Made by a program: the position numbers and the translations under genes. Positions 18,788 through 29,017 of a stretch of 64,000 nucleotides of DNA are shown here, piece by piece. This DNA comes from an uncultured Candidatus Saccharibacteria bacterium (GTDB lineage Bacteria; Patescibacteriota; Saccharimonadia; Saccharimonadales; Saccharimonadaceae): positions 9,132-73,131 of the forward strand of contig CAMUBZ010000003.1 in NCBI GenBank assembly GCA_947087275.1, read 5' to 3'. Under the pieces are notes generated by a model. It saw nothing but the letters and a program-made list of their open reading frames with translations, had not been told where the DNA came from and made no database searches. Numbering within the stretch: position 1 is the stretch's first letter; each line of letters opens with the position of its first letter.

Positions 18788-19000
18788 TTCCTACATACCT
18801 AATACAGTACTAAGGCAGCGGAGGGGGAGACTATTCCAACGATCATAAGCACTCTCAGGGTATGTTCCATTAGGGCTAAAACCCAGATTATAAGCGTGTG
18901 TGGTAGATGGATAAGCAGTTGATGCCCAGTATACTCCATAACCGCCTATATTCCTTAATCCACCATTATCGTTGTCTATGCCTATAAACCCGCTGCGCAC
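18788..19000 (-). repeat. orphan FISUMP/DUF1566-like C-terminal cassette, copy B
   Basis: Same conserved borders. Frame MRSGFIGIDN...YWASTAYPSTTHAYNL...PLRCLSTVLGM*. Confidence 0.9.
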
Positions 19001-19030
19001 GAAGTAAAGAGGGTATGCTATAATAAAATT

Positions 19031-19369
19031 ATGAGAATTTTACGAGGGTCAATTTCGAAAGATAGTTTAGCGAATGCAGCAGTGGTTTTTGATGACTCAA
19101 TGGTCAAAGGCGTAGTAGATGTAAAACGCGGACTGCTCGCGCTAGACGCTGAACTACATGCAGATTTGGAAAAGATACTTCTAGAGGATGGCTCGGCGCA
19201 AGATGATGTCTGGGGGATTAACCTCTGGTTTGAGGATGAGGGTGAGGATTTTGTGGAATTTGATTCGATGATTAACGTACGTCCGCGTCAAAACAACCGT
19301 AGTCGTAGCGTAGAGAACCCTGAATTACGGCAGCAAATTACGAAAGTCGTGCAAAAATGGATACAATAA
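19031..19369 (+). CDS. hypothetical protein
   Basis: 112-aa acidic ORF with protein-like composition. Family not recognised with confidence. Confidence 0.5.
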   Translation: MRILRGSISKDSLANAAVVFDDSMVKGVVDVKRGLLALDAELHADLEKILLEDGSAQDDVWGINLWFEDEGEDFVEFDSMINVRPRQNNRSRSVENPELRQQITKVVQKWIQ

Positions 19370-19698
19370 ATTGCCAACACCAGCGTCTTGCCGGTGGCGA
19401 CTGGGCCAAGTTGCCATTCTGTTTGCAAATGGGAAACGTGGGAAGCGAAGTTTCACGCTCACTAAAGTGGTTTGGTAAGAACGAAAAGCGTTTCAATTCG
19501 GCCTTTGACCGCGCCCTAGAACTCTTTGATTTAACAATAGAAGGTGCGCTTGGCTATGATGGACGGCTAAAAGAAGTTTGTCGAGCACGCGAGGAATTCT
19601 GCGACTATTTCTTAGGTAATAGTTGGGGTACCGACCCAGAAAAAATGATGCGTTACTACGATCAGTTTGCAATTTTAGGGCATAGTACCCAAACCTAG
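19357..19698 (+). CDS. hypothetical protein
   Basis: 113-aa ORF overlapping the previous gene by 13 nt (operon-like). Confidence 0.5.
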   Translation: MDTINCQHQRLAGGDWAKLPFCLQMGNVGSEVSRSLKWFGKNEKRFNSAFDRALELFDLTIEGALGYDGRLKEVCRAREEFCDYFLGNSWGTDPEKMMRYYDQFAILGHSTQT

Positions 19699-19710
19699 CA
19701 TTTTTTCAGA

Positions 19711-19739
19711 AATGTGCTACAATATTTGTAGAGCACATT
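19711..19739 (+). promoter_or_regulatory. TGCTACAAT extended -10 embedded in a 12-bp-arm palindrome
   Basis: AATGTGCTACAA-TAT-TTGTAGAGCACATT. It lies upstream of the SD and GTG start at 19778. Confidence 0.4.
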
Positions 19740-19777
19740 ACAATCAGTGCTTAATTTTGGGGTCAGGAGGGGTAAAC

Positions 19778-20335
19778 GTGGAAATTAGGCAACAAAAAAC
19801 GTCAAAAACTGTTAAAATCACCGAGTCGGAGCAAATTTTTCTGAATGTCATTTCCTATGGTGTAGGAATTATCACCGCTATCATTGCTTTGTTAGCATAT
19901 ACCATAGTCGATTTGATGGGCGGGGAATATTTCGAAGGTCGTTGTCATATGAAGGTCGCACTGATTATAGTCGTAATCCTTGTCTTCTATGGCATTCTTC
20001 AATACCCTGTCAAGATGATATTACGTCATTTGTTTCACATTGAAGAAATTGGAGACATAGACGTAGACGAATTCTCGCTTTGTTTTAATATTGTCTTGCC
20101 GCTGCTAGAGTATGCAGACCCATTTATTAGTTTTCCGCATTGGCTGGGCGTATTAATTCTTTGCAGCGACAGTGCTATTTGCATAGTAGTATCCATTTAC
20201 ATCGCCCAAATTGCAGCCTTTATTGGTCCAATTCTGTATACTATTATGACAATAATATTCTTGTGTAATTTTTTGGTTTTGCTCTACCTCGGGTTTGCAG
20301 GCGGCTTCCGTACTAATGTCGTAGTTAAAAAATAA
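19778..20335 (+). CDS. multi-pass membrane protein, hypothetical
   Basis: GTG start 8 nt after AGGAGG; 4-5 predicted TM helices. Confidence 0.55.
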   Translation: MEIRQQKTSKTVKITESEQIFLNVISYGVGIITAIIALLAYTIVDLMGGEYFEGRCHMKVALIIVVILVFYGILQYPVKMILRHLFHIEEIGDIDVDEFSLCFNIVLPLLEYADPFISFPHWLGVLILCSDSAICIVVSIYIAQIAAFIGPILYTIMTIIFLCNFLVLLYLGFAGGFRTNVVVKK

Positions 20336-20396
20336 TTCTCCTCGCGGGCATTTGTAAAAATGGAAAAGTGTGCGTGATTCTCGGTAATTTGACGTC

Positions 20397-20426
20397 AAAA
20401 GGAGTCAAGAAATTGACTCCTTTTTT
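20397..20426 (+). terminator. intrinsic terminator
   Basis: GGAGTCAA-GAAA-TTGACTCC followed by TTTTTT. Confidence 0.7.
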
Positions 20427-20449
20427 CACTAATCTACCATACAAGATTC

Positions 20450-20674
20450 GTGCGCAGCGGGCTCTTCACGCTTGCTACTACTGACGTCCTGAGATACGTT
20501 GCTACTGGTGGTTATGCATGGTCATCACGCAGCTCATCGACAAATCATTTTGGCACGGTTGTTCCAAGTGCTTACTATTTTGTTGTCAGCACGAGCAACA
20601 TGTCGTCGTATAGCGATCATCACTACTACGGCCTCCCCCTCCGCTGCCTTAGTACTGTATTAGGTATGTAGGAG
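20450..20674 (+). repeat. orphan FISUMP/DUF1566-like C-terminal cassette, copy C
   Basis: Conserved borders. Frame MRSGLFTLATT...YAWSSRSS...AYYF...PLRCLSTVLGM*. Confidence 0.9.
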
Positions 20675-20758
20675 GCGAATGAAGTAAAAAGTGCAAGCCC
20701 TTTTTACTTCTGAGCCGACGTCTATACCAGTCAACGTCAGTTGGCTGGTATGTAAGAG
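20675..20758 (+). repeat. 3' add-on module (two hairpins) ending in TATGTAAGAG
   Basis: Hairpins at 20681-20710 and 20727-20748. Near-identical to the module after copy H, except for an inverted hairpin core. Confidence 0.75.
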
Positions 20759-20770
20759 AGTATGAGTAGG

Positions 20771-21490
20771 CTATAGATTGACCACTGCTTCTAAGTTTTC
20801 CCACTCACCCGTAAAATTGTTCAGCACTTGCCATCGATCATCCATCTGGCGCACCTCGCGTAACCCGCCCTGAGCCCCAGTAATCGCATAAGTTTCTGGC
20901 TTACCATAATAAGAGTCTTCTGGCACGAGATAGACAAGATAACTCTTTCCTACCTCTGGCTCAACATCCCCCTGGGCTAAATCATGAATATATTTACCCT
21001 CATCGGATTCACCAGCTGCGGCTTGCATTTCTTGTCGTTTAGCATTCCCCTCTGGCGAGAGACTGCCGGTATAATATTGTTCTGCGGGTAACGTTCCGCC
21101 CAGGCGATAAAATACATAACTTTGACCTTCTTCGAGTTCACCTTTATAGCCAGCAATGATCGTCATACGGCCATAAGTATACGGTTTAACATATCCTTGA
21201 GCGATTTCGCTATAGTTATTCGCGCCGTCAATGGAATCAATTTTCACCAAAGCAATATAGTCGCTATGCTCGGCCATCACGGACGGGTTAGAGATATCAA
21301 TGATGTAATCTATCACACTCCCGACGTTTTCTCTTTGATCAGGTTTAGTTGTAGCATCCTCCTGCGTATCTTCATTCTCTTGCGTAAGGACATCGCCATC
21401 GTCGCGCTTTGTTTGTAAAATCATAATCGCTGCCGTAGCACTAATAATACTCGCTAGCACCACTAAAACTAAAATAATTTTCTTCTTCAT
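20771..21490 (-). CDS. hypothetical secreted or membrane-anchored protein
   Basis: N-terminal signal/TM segment MKKKIILVLVVLASIISATAA. ATG at 21490 is preceded by TATAAT-N6. Confidence 0.55.
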   Translation of the reverse strand: MKKKIILVLVVLASIISATAAIMILQTKRDDGDVLTQENEDTQEDATTKPDQRENVGSVIDYIIDISNPSVMAEHSDYIALVKIDSIDGANNYSEIAQGYVKPYTYGRMTIIAGYKGELEEGQSYVFYRLGGTLPAEQYYTGSLSPEGNAKRQEMQAAAGESDEGKYIHDLAQGDVEPEVGKSYLVYLVPEDSYYGKPETYAITGAQGGLREVRQMDDRWQVLNNFTGEWENLEAVVNL

Positions 21491-21496
21491 AACTAT

Positions 21497-21502
21497 ATTA
21501 TA
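21497..21502 (-). promoter_or_regulatory. -10 box TATAAT 6 nt upstream of the ATG at 21490; candidate leaderless promoter
   Basis: Minus strand reads TATAATATAGTTATG. Confidence 0.4.
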
Positions 21503-21535
21503 TATCAAAAGCTCTTTTCTTACTGATTGTACCGC

Positions 21536-24500
21536 TTACATCTCGGCGACGTCTTCGGCAGATGGCCCACTAGCCATATCGGCAGTTTCGGCCATTTCCT
21601 CAGCGTCCTCAGCCAAGGTGATTGCGAGTGGCTTCACTCCTGTACCTACCGGAATCTTGCGACCAATGATTACGTTCTCTTTCAGGCCCTTCAAGTGATC
21701 AACACGGCCGTTAATCGCAGCGTTAATCAAGACACGGGTTGTATCCTGGAAGGATGCAGCCGAGAGGAACGAATCGGACCAGATACTGACCTTGGTGATA
21801 CCTAGGAGCAAGTTCTCATAGGTGGCAGGCTCTTTACCAGCCGCCTCAAGGCGCTGGTTCTCGGCAATAATTGCTGCCTTGGAGACAATATCGCCTGAGA
21901 CAAAGGTTGAATCACCGGCTTCGTCAATCATCACACGGCTAAACATCTGGCGGACGATAATCTCAAGGTGCTTCGCTGAGATTTCGTGGCCTTGCGCCGC
22001 GTAAACCGAAATCACGTCGTTCATAATGTAACGTGCAGTTTCTTCGGCACCCTTGTATTTGAGCAAGTCTTGCAAGTTCAAGGAACCTGTAGTCAACCGG
22101 TCACCAGCTTCAAGGCGATCACCAGACTTCACGAGCATCTCGGCATCGCCTGGGACTTCCACGCGCACAGCACCACCAGCATTCGCCACCACAATAATGG
22201 CATCTTTGGTGAGTTGTGCATTACCGTCAACTGGTGAGATCAGTGGTTCTTTGCCCTTACCCTTGTCAGCCAAGACATCGCCGGCTTGTACGCTAGCACC
22301 GTCTTTCACGGTAGCCTTGCGACCATCGAGGTCAAAGCGAATCGTCTCGCCCGCTTCTGGAGTAATCTGAGCAATGTATTTGTTGTTATCTTCCCAAACT
22401 TCCACCACGCCAGCAATCGGTGTTGTATAGGCCTGACCTTTTGGTGCGCGCGCTTCAAGCAACTCTTCCACACGAGGAAGACCGCGAGCGATAGCACCAG
22501 AACCAGCCACACCCGAGCCGTGTTTGGTATCGAGGGTCAACTGCGTACCTGGCTCACCGAGAGACTGAGCAGCAATCACACCAACTGGCTGATGCGCTTC
22601 CACGAGCTCACGGGTAGACATGTCCACACCATAAGCCTTGCGCGGTACACCACTGATAGCGGTTGTCGTCAGTACCGACTGAATCTTGACGCTGTCAATA
22701 TTCTCGTCGTCTTCAATCTGCTGAGCAATTTCTGGGCTGATCAGTTGATCAGCATCCACATAGCCTGGCACCGGTTCCGCAGTATAGCGGCCGGTGATTC
22801 GAGCAGCAAAGCCGATACCAGTGTATTCGCTTTCGCTCTTGTAAACCGCAAAGCCTGGGTCAGCCACTTCTTCGTCAGTTGTAAAGACATCCTGGGCCAC
22901 GTCAACCAAACGACGGGTAAGATAACCAGAGTCGGCAGTACGGAGAGCCGTAGACACCTGACCCTGACGCGCACCTCGGGTGGCGATAAAGGATTCTAGG
23001 GTGTTCAAGCCCTTCTTATAGCTAGACTTCACTGGCAACTCGATTTCGTTGTTGTTGATATCCACCATGATACCAATCTCAGCCGAAGCGAGTTTGATGT
23101 TGGAGATACTACCACGAGCGCCCGAGTTCACCATCACGGCAATGTCGGTATCCATTTCGGCGAGTTTGCTCTTCAAGAAGTCAGAAATCTTCTTGTCGAT
23201 GTCGCGCCAGTTGGCTACGGTCAAGTTATAGCGTTCGTCTTCAGTCACCAAACCTTGGTCAAACTGTTCCTGAATCAACGCCGTCTTAGCATCGCCTTCA
23301 GCAATAAAGTCATCAATTTCTGGATAGGTTGGATAGTCATCTTTCGAAGTCGAAACCGAAGCGATGGTTTCATACTCAAAGGCGAGGTTCTTGACTGCGT
23401 CAGCCGTCTTCACCATAGCCTCAGCACCAAAGTCATCAAAGATGTTAGCCATCACGCGCTTGAGTTGTTTACTGGTCTGGACAGAGTTGTCGTAAGGATA
23501 TTCCTTTGGCAAAACTTCGTTAAAAATCACACGTCCAAGCGTAGTATTGCGGATTTCACCCTTAGCAAACACGCGGATTGGCGTTTGCAAAGCGATCAAA
23601 CCTTGGTCGTAGGCCATTTCCGCCTCATAGACAGAACTAAACGGCTTGACTTCTTTGGACTCGGTACCTGGCTTGTCGTAAGTCAAGTAGTAAATACCCA
23701 AGACTACGTCCTGATAAATCGCTAGCACTGGAGCACCATCGGCTGGTTTGAGCAAGTTCTTACCAGCGGACATCAACTCAGCGGCTTCAGCTTGAGCGGC
23801 GTCAGAGAGTGGCAAGTGGACTGCCATTTGGTCACCGTCGTAGTCAGCGTTAAAACCGCTCGCCACGAGTGGGTGCAACTGAATCGCTTTACCATCAATC
23901 AACTTAGGTTGGAAAGCCTGCACAGACAAACGGTGCAAAGATGGAGCACGGTTGAGCAAGACATACTTACCTTTGATACATTCGTCCAAACCGTCCCAGA
24001 CCACCGCTTCGCCGGCGTCAATCATGCGCGTAGCGGAGCGAATGTTGGCCGCATGCTCGTTAGCAATCAACCAAGAAATCACGAATGGTTTAAAGAGTTC
24101 AAGCGCCATCTGTTTTGGCAAACCACATTCATTCAGTTTCAATTCTGGACCAACCACAATCACGGAGCGGCCAGAGTAGTCTACGCGCTTACCCAGCAAG
24201 TTCTGACGGAAGCGACCTTGTTTACCTTTGAGCAAGTCGGAGATACTCTTGAGTTTGCGACGGCCATTTTGGGCGCTAGCGCTACGGCTACCGTGTACGG
24301 CCGAGTTATCAATCAAAGCATCCACCGCTTCTTGTAACATGCGCATTTCGTTATGGCAAATCACGGCCGGAGCATTCAGCTCGAGCAACTTGCGCAAACG
24401 GTTATTACGGTTAATCACGCGGCGATAGAGGTCGTTCAGGTCAGAGGTAGCAAAGCGACCGCCAGGCAAGGCCAACATTGGGCGTAGATCTGGTGGGATC

Positions 24501-25399
24501 ACTGGCACTACGGTCATCACGAGGTCAACTGGTTTGATGCCAGCAGCTTCCATACCCTCAAGCACCTTGAGGCGTTTCATCACGCGCTTTTGCTTTTGAC
24601 CTTTCGAGGCTTCGGCTTCTTCACGCAGCTCAGAAATCATGGTTTTGAGGTCAATCTCATCCAACAATTTCTTAATTGCAGTGGCACCCATCTCAACTTC
24701 GATCAAATCTTCGTAATCTTCAGGTAGGTTGCGATATTCTTGTTCGCTAATGACGGCACCCTTTTGCATCTTCTCGAGAGCGCTCTTCTTGGCTAGGTAT
24801 TCGGTCTCTAGGGCCTCAGATTCTTTGGCCTGTTCGTCGGCCAAAGCGGTGATGTTGGCATTGGCATCCTTGGCCATTTCTTCGTAGCGCAAGCGAATAG
24901 CTTCGCGAGCGGCAGTAGTCTCAGCTTCAAGATCGGCCAAGGTCTGGGCAATCTTCTCATCCTGAGCATCGACAATCAGATACGAGGCAAAGTAAACCAC
25001 TTTCTCAATGTTCTTCACGGTCAGGTTAAGCAAGACGCTGAGTGCAGACGGCGTACCGCGCATAAACCAGATGTGTGCTACTGGTGCTGCTAAGGTGATA
25101 TGGCCCATGCGCTCACGACGAGCGATTGACTTAGTCACCAAGTTTCCTTCTTTGTCGACGGCAGCTTCGCGGGAGCGAACGCCCTTCAACTTAGAATCAT
25201 GCGGATTAATGTCTTTGACTGGTCCAAAAATCCGTTCACAGAACAAACCATCGCGTTCTGGCTTTTGAGTACGATAGTTAATCGTCTCTGGCTTCAAGAC
25301 TTCACCATAACTCCAACCGAGAATGTCTTCCTTACTGGCAACACTCAGTCGAATTGAGTCAAAGTCGCTGGCGCTGATAAAATTATCCATCCAAGCCAT
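21536..25399 (-). CDS. rpoC: DNA-directed RNA polymerase subunit beta'
   Basis: NADYDGDQMAVH catalytic motif and full-length beta' architecture. Start at ATG 25399, directly after the rpoB stop. Confidence 0.95.
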   Translation of the reverse strand: MAWMDNFISASDFDSIRLSVASKEDILGWSYGEVLKPETINYRTQKPERDGLFCERIFGPVKDINPHDSKLKGVRSREAAVDKEGNLVTKSIARRERMGHITLAAPVAHIWFMRGTPSALSVLLNLTVKNIEKVVYFASYLIVDAQDEKIAQTLADLEAETTAAREAIRLRYEEMAKDANANITALADEQAKESEALETEYLAKKSALEKMQKGAVISEQEYRNLPEDYEDLIEVEMGATAIKKLLDEIDLKTMISELREEAEASKGQKQKRVMKRLKVLEGMEAAGIKPVDLVMTVVPVIPPDLRPMLALPGGRFATSDLNDLYRRVINRNNRLRKLLELNAPAVICHNEMRMLQEAVDALIDNSAVHGSRSASAQNGRRKLKSISDLLKGKQGRFRQNLLGKRVDYSGRSVIVVGPELKLNECGLPKQMALELFKPFVISWLIANEHAANIRSATRMIDAGEAVVWDGLDECIKGKYVLLNRAPSLHRLSVQAFQPKLIDGKAIQLHPLVASGFNADYDGDQMAVHLPLSDAAQAEAAELMSAGKNLLKPADGAPVLAIYQDVVLGIYYLTYDKPGTESKEVKPFSSVYEAEMAYDQGLIALQTPIRVFAKGEIRNTTLGRVIFNEVLPKEYPYDNSVQTSKQLKRVMANIFDDFGAEAMVKTADAVKNLAFEYETIASVSTSKDDYPTYPEIDDFIAEGDAKTALIQEQFDQGLVTEDERYNLTVANWRDIDKKISDFLKSKLAEMDTDIAVMVNSGARGSISNIKLASAEIGIMVDINNNEIELPVKSSYKKGLNTLESFIATRGARQGQVSTALRTADSGYLTRRLVDVAQDVFTTDEEVADPGFAVYKSESEYTGIGFAARITGRYTAEPVPGYVDADQLISPEIAQQIEDDENIDSVKIQSVLTTTAISGVPRKAYGVDMSTRELVEAHQPVGVIAAQSLGEPGTQLTLDTKHGSGVAGSGAIARGLPRVEELLEARAPKGQAYTTPIAGVVEVWEDNNKYIAQITPEAGETIRFDLDGRKATVKDGASVQAGDVLADKGKGKEPLISPVDGNAQLTKDAIIVVANAGGAVRVEVPGDAEMLVKSGDRLEAGDRLTTGSLNLQDLLKYKGAEETARYIMNDVISVYAAQGHEISAKHLEIIVRQMFSRVMIDEAGDSTFVSGDIVSKAAIIAENQRLEAAGKEPATYENLLLGITKVSIWSDSFLSAASFQDTTRVLINAAINGRVDHLKGLKENVIIGRKIPVGTGVKPLAITLAEDAEEMAETADMASGPSAEDVAEM

Positions 25400-25400
25400 T

Positions 25401-28400
25401 TTACAACTCCTCTCCGAGGTCAAGATCCGCGTCGTCTTCTGCTGAGCCGGCGTCCAAATCTTCAGCCTCCGTTATTTCTATCCCCTCATCATCCAGCATT
25501 TCTTGGGCTTCCTCGTCATCCAAGTCCACCACTGTATCTTCAAAGTTTTGATTGCCGTGCTGGGCGTAAATCAAACGATCATCATGTTGTTTCTCAATTT
25601 CGCGGGAAGTTTTTTCAATCACTTCGCCGGCATCAGTCGATTCACCATGGTCAAGCAAGTCAACCTTAAGTCCAAGTCCCTGGAACTCTTTCACCAAGAC
25701 GTTGAAACCTTCTGGGAGTTTTGGTCCCTCAATTGGTTCGCGCTTAATGATAGATTCATAAGCCTTGGCACGTCCGTAAACGTCATCCGACTTAATAGTC
25801 AACATTTCTTGCAAAGTAGTTGCGGCACCGTACGCTTCGAGGGCCCACACCTCCATTTCTCCAAAGCGCTGACCACCGTTCTGAGCCTTACCACCAAGTG
25901 GCTGCTGGGTGACTGTAGTATAAGGACCAGTCGAGCGAGCGTGAATCTTGTCTTCCACCATGTGGTGTAATTTGAGCATATGCATCACACCCACAGAAGT
26001 TCGTTCGTTAAACGGTTCACCAGTCAGACCATCATAAAGTTGGACGCGACCATCACGGCTAAATCCAGCCTTCTCTAGTTGCTCGGAAATCGTCTCATCA
26101 GAGACACCGTTGAATGGCGGGGTGGCTACCTTATAACCAAGAGCCCGTGCCGCCATGCCAAGGTGAATCTCAAAGAGCTGACCGAGGTTCATACGGCTTG
26201 GCACACCCATTGGAGAGAGCAGGACGTCGATTGGCGTACCGTCTTCCATAAATGGCATATCCTCAACTGGGAGGATGCGGCTCACCACACCCTTGTTACC
26301 GTGGCGACCAGCAATTTTATCACCGACGCTAATCTTGCGCATCTCAGCAACGTAGATCTTAATTTGCATCAAGACGCCAGCTTTGAGTTCGTGGCCTTGT
26401 TCACGAGTATACACACGTACGCCCACCACTTTACCCATAGATGAACCATTCATGCGCACTGAGGTATCACGCACATCTTTGGCTTTTTCACCGAAGATGG
26501 CACGTAGCAAACGCTCTTCGGAACTGAGTTCCTGTTCACCCTTTGGCGTAATTTTACCAACCAAGATGTCGCCTGGCATCACTTCAGAGCCAACTACCAC
26601 GATACCGTCTTCACCAAGGTGACGGAGACTCTTTTCTGGTACGTTCGGGATGTCCCGAGTGACTTGTTCTGGCCCAAGTTTGGTTTCGCGGACTTCTACG
26701 TCAAAATCTTTGATGTTGATTGAGGTGAGCTTATCATCCTCGACCAAGCGTGAAGAAATCACGATAGCGTCATCCATGTTGTAACCACGCCATGGCATGA
26801 AGGCTACGAGCAAGTCTTTACCTAATGCCAATTCGCCGTCGGTGACAGAAGCGCCTTCGATCAAGATGTCATCTTTCTTCACTTTTTGACCACGAACCAC
26901 CTTAACGCGTTGGTTATAACAACGGTCGTCATTAGTCTTCTCAAAGTGCTCGACTTTGTATTCCTTTTCACCGTCTTTGTATTTGACGATGACGCTCACG
27001 CCGTCGGCTTTCACCACTTCACCGGCTGCTTCAGCCACAGCGACTTGAGAAGTGTTCATCGCGACCACGTGCTCGATGCCAGTACCAACAGTTGGAGCAT
27101 CATTCTTCAGCAAAGGCACAGCTTGTTTCTGCATGGCGCAGGCCATCAAAGAGCGGTCGACACGGTTCTTCTCCACAAATGGAATCAGACTAGCGGATGT
27201 ACCCAAAATTTCTTTGTGAGCCGCATCAATGTGAGTCACGAGGTTAGAAGCCACTTGGGTTGGGCGACCCTTCACGCGAGCGGATACCCAATCCTCGGCA
27301 AATTCGCCTTTATCATTCAACTTCACGGAAGCGTCGGCAATAATCATGTCATTCTCGGTGTCAGCGTCCACATAGACTACTTCGTCGGTGACTTTGCCGT
27401 TCTTCACCACGCGATATGGGGCTTCAATAAAGCCATATTCGTTGATGCGAGCATAGGTTGCCAAGTTGAGCACCAAACCCACGTTACCACCTTCTGGGGT
27501 TTCCACAGTACAGATACGGCCATAATGTGTCGGGTGCGCGTCACGCACGTCAAATCCAGCACGCTCACGGGTCAAGCCACCAGGACCCATAGATGACAAA
27601 CGCCGCTTATGAGCCAATTCAGAATAGCCATTGACCTCATCCATCAGCTGCGAAAGTTGTGAACTCGAGAAGAATTCTTTCACGGCGGCCACCACTGGGC
27701 GCGAGTTCAAGAGTTGCGATGGAGTAACTTCTTCAGGCGAGACCATCGACATGCGGTCAAGAATGTTGCGTTGCAAGCGAAGCATACCCAAGCGGAACTG
27801 GCGTTGCACCAATTCGCCCACCAATTTGACACGACGGTTACTCAAAGAGTCGATGTCGTCCGGTGCTTCTTGGGTGTTGTTGAGGCGGATAATCTCGCTG
27901 ATAATCGCGATCAAATCTTTCATCTGCAAAGTGCGGTGGGCAGCATCGTTAGGCGTGTCATAGCCAAGACGGCGGTTCAACTTAAACCGACCTACGCGAG
28001 AACAGTCATAACGACGGTAATCAAAGAAAGCCCGCTCAATCATAGATTTAGCGTTTTCCACGGTTGCCAAGTCACCTGGGCGCAAACGACGGTAGACTTC
28101 TAGCAAAGCAGCGGATTGGCCAGTAGCAGTGTCTTTCTCGAGAGTGGCATTAATATAGCTGATTGAGCCATTGTCGACTTCAGCAAATTTATCCCGGATT
28201 TCTTCGTCTTTAGCAATACCAAGAGCCTTCAAGAAAGTGGTTACCGGAATCTTGCGGCGGCGATCGATTTTGACGTTGATACAACCACTAGCGGTGGTCT
28301 CAAATTCAAGCCAAGCACCGCGGCCCGGAATCACTTTGGCACCATAGTAACGCTTGCCGTTCATTTCGTCAGCGGTAAAGAAGACACCGGCGCTACGAAT

Positions 28401-28811
28401 CAGCTGGCTGACCACCACGCGTTCAGTACCGTTGATAATGAAGGTGGCGCGGTCAGTCATCCAAGGGTAGTCACCGAAGTAGATATCCTGCTCCTTGACT
28501 TCACCGGTCACTTTGTTGGTGAGCTCTACCTGCACGTGCAAGGGCGCAGCGTAGGTAGAAAGGTTATATTTGGCAGTTTTTTCGTCCTCTGCCGGGGCCT
28601 TAAAGTAATAGTCTTTAAAGCGAAGGGACAATTTTTGCCCAGTATAGTCGTCGATTGGGTTCAATTCGTTGAACACCTCACGCAGACCAGATTTTACAAA
28701 ATCTTCCCAGCTATCCTTCTGATGAGCAATCAGATCTGGGATTGGGAGTGCTTGGTCGCCTTCGGTGAAAAACACCCGACCATCAGCAGCTTTGCTAGTT
28801 GCTTTACTCAC
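25401..28811 (-). CDS. rpoB: DNA-directed RNA polymerase subunit beta
   Basis: Conserved beta-subunit blocks (e.g. GRHGNKGVVS, PSRMNLGQ). GTG start at 28811 after AGAGAGGAAAC. Confidence 0.95.
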   Translation of the reverse strand: MSKATSKAADGRVFFTEGDQALPIPDLIAHQKDSWEDFVKSGLREVFNELNPIDDYTGQKLSLRFKDYYFKAPAEDEKTAKYNLSTYAAPLHVQVELTNKVTGEVKEQDIYFGDYPWMTDRATFIINGTERVVVSQLIRSAGVFFTADEMNGKRYYGAKVIPGRGAWLEFETTASGCINVKIDRRRKIPVTTFLKALGIAKDEEIRDKFAEVDNGSISYINATLEKDTATGQSAALLEVYRRLRPGDLATVENAKSMIERAFFDYRRYDCSRVGRFKLNRRLGYDTPNDAAHRTLQMKDLIAIISEIIRLNNTQEAPDDIDSLSNRRVKLVGELVQRQFRLGMLRLQRNILDRMSMVSPEEVTPSQLLNSRPVVAAVKEFFSSSQLSQLMDEVNGYSELAHKRRLSSMGPGGLTRERAGFDVRDAHPTHYGRICTVETPEGGNVGLVLNLATYARINEYGFIEAPYRVVKNGKVTDEVVYVDADTENDMIIADASVKLNDKGEFAEDWVSARVKGRPTQVASNLVTHIDAAHKEILGTSASLIPFVEKNRVDRSLMACAMQKQAVPLLKNDAPTVGTGIEHVVAMNTSQVAVAEAAGEVVKADGVSVIVKYKDGEKEYKVEHFEKTNDDRCYNQRVKVVRGQKVKKDDILIEGASVTDGELALGKDLLVAFMPWRGYNMDDAIVISSRLVEDDKLTSINIKDFDVEVRETKLGPEQVTRDIPNVPEKSLRHLGEDGIVVVGSEVMPGDILVGKITPKGEQELSSEERLLRAIFGEKAKDVRDTSVRMNGSSMGKVVGVRVYTREQGHELKAGVLMQIKIYVAEMRKISVGDKIAGRHGNKGVVSRILPVEDMPFMEDGTPIDVLLSPMGVPSRMNLGQLFEIHLGMAARALGYKVATPPFNGVSDETISEQLEKAGFSRDGRVQLYDGLTGEPFNERTSVGVMHMLKLHHMVEDKIHARSTGPYTTVTQQPLGGKAQNGGQRFGEMEVWALEAYGAATTLQEMLTIKSDDVYGRAKAYESIIKREPIEGPKLPEGFNVLVKEFQGLGLKVDLLDHGESTDAGEVIEKTSREIEKQHDDRLIYAQHGNQNFEDTVVDLDDEEAQEMLDDEGIEITEAEDLDAGSAEDDADLDLGEEL

Positions 28812-28930
28812 AGTTTCCTCTCTTTTTAGTGGTTTATAATCTTTTGCGCCGAAGATTACTGTGAAATTTTGTGCACACGGCCCGCAATTCCAGTGCATAC
28901 CAAAAAATCACTCACTACTTCTTGTGGTCT

Positions 28931-28959
28931 ATTTTAGCGCAGATTCAGAAAAAATGCAA
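28931..28959 (-). promoter_or_regulatory. candidate rpoB promoter (TTGCAT-17-TAAAAT)
   Basis: -35 at 28954-28959 and -10 at 28931-28936 on the minus strand. Confidence 0.45.
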
Positions 28960-28971
28960 TAAATAAATGCT

Positions 28972-29005
28972 AAAAAATGACGGGAAGATATAGATATCCC
29001 GTCAT
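28972..29005 (-). terminator. intrinsic terminator after the membrane-protein gene 29018-29518
   Basis: ATGACGGGA ... TCCCGTCAT followed by a T-tract on the minus strand. Confidence 0.65.
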
Positions 29006-29017
29006 TTAAGACATGTC

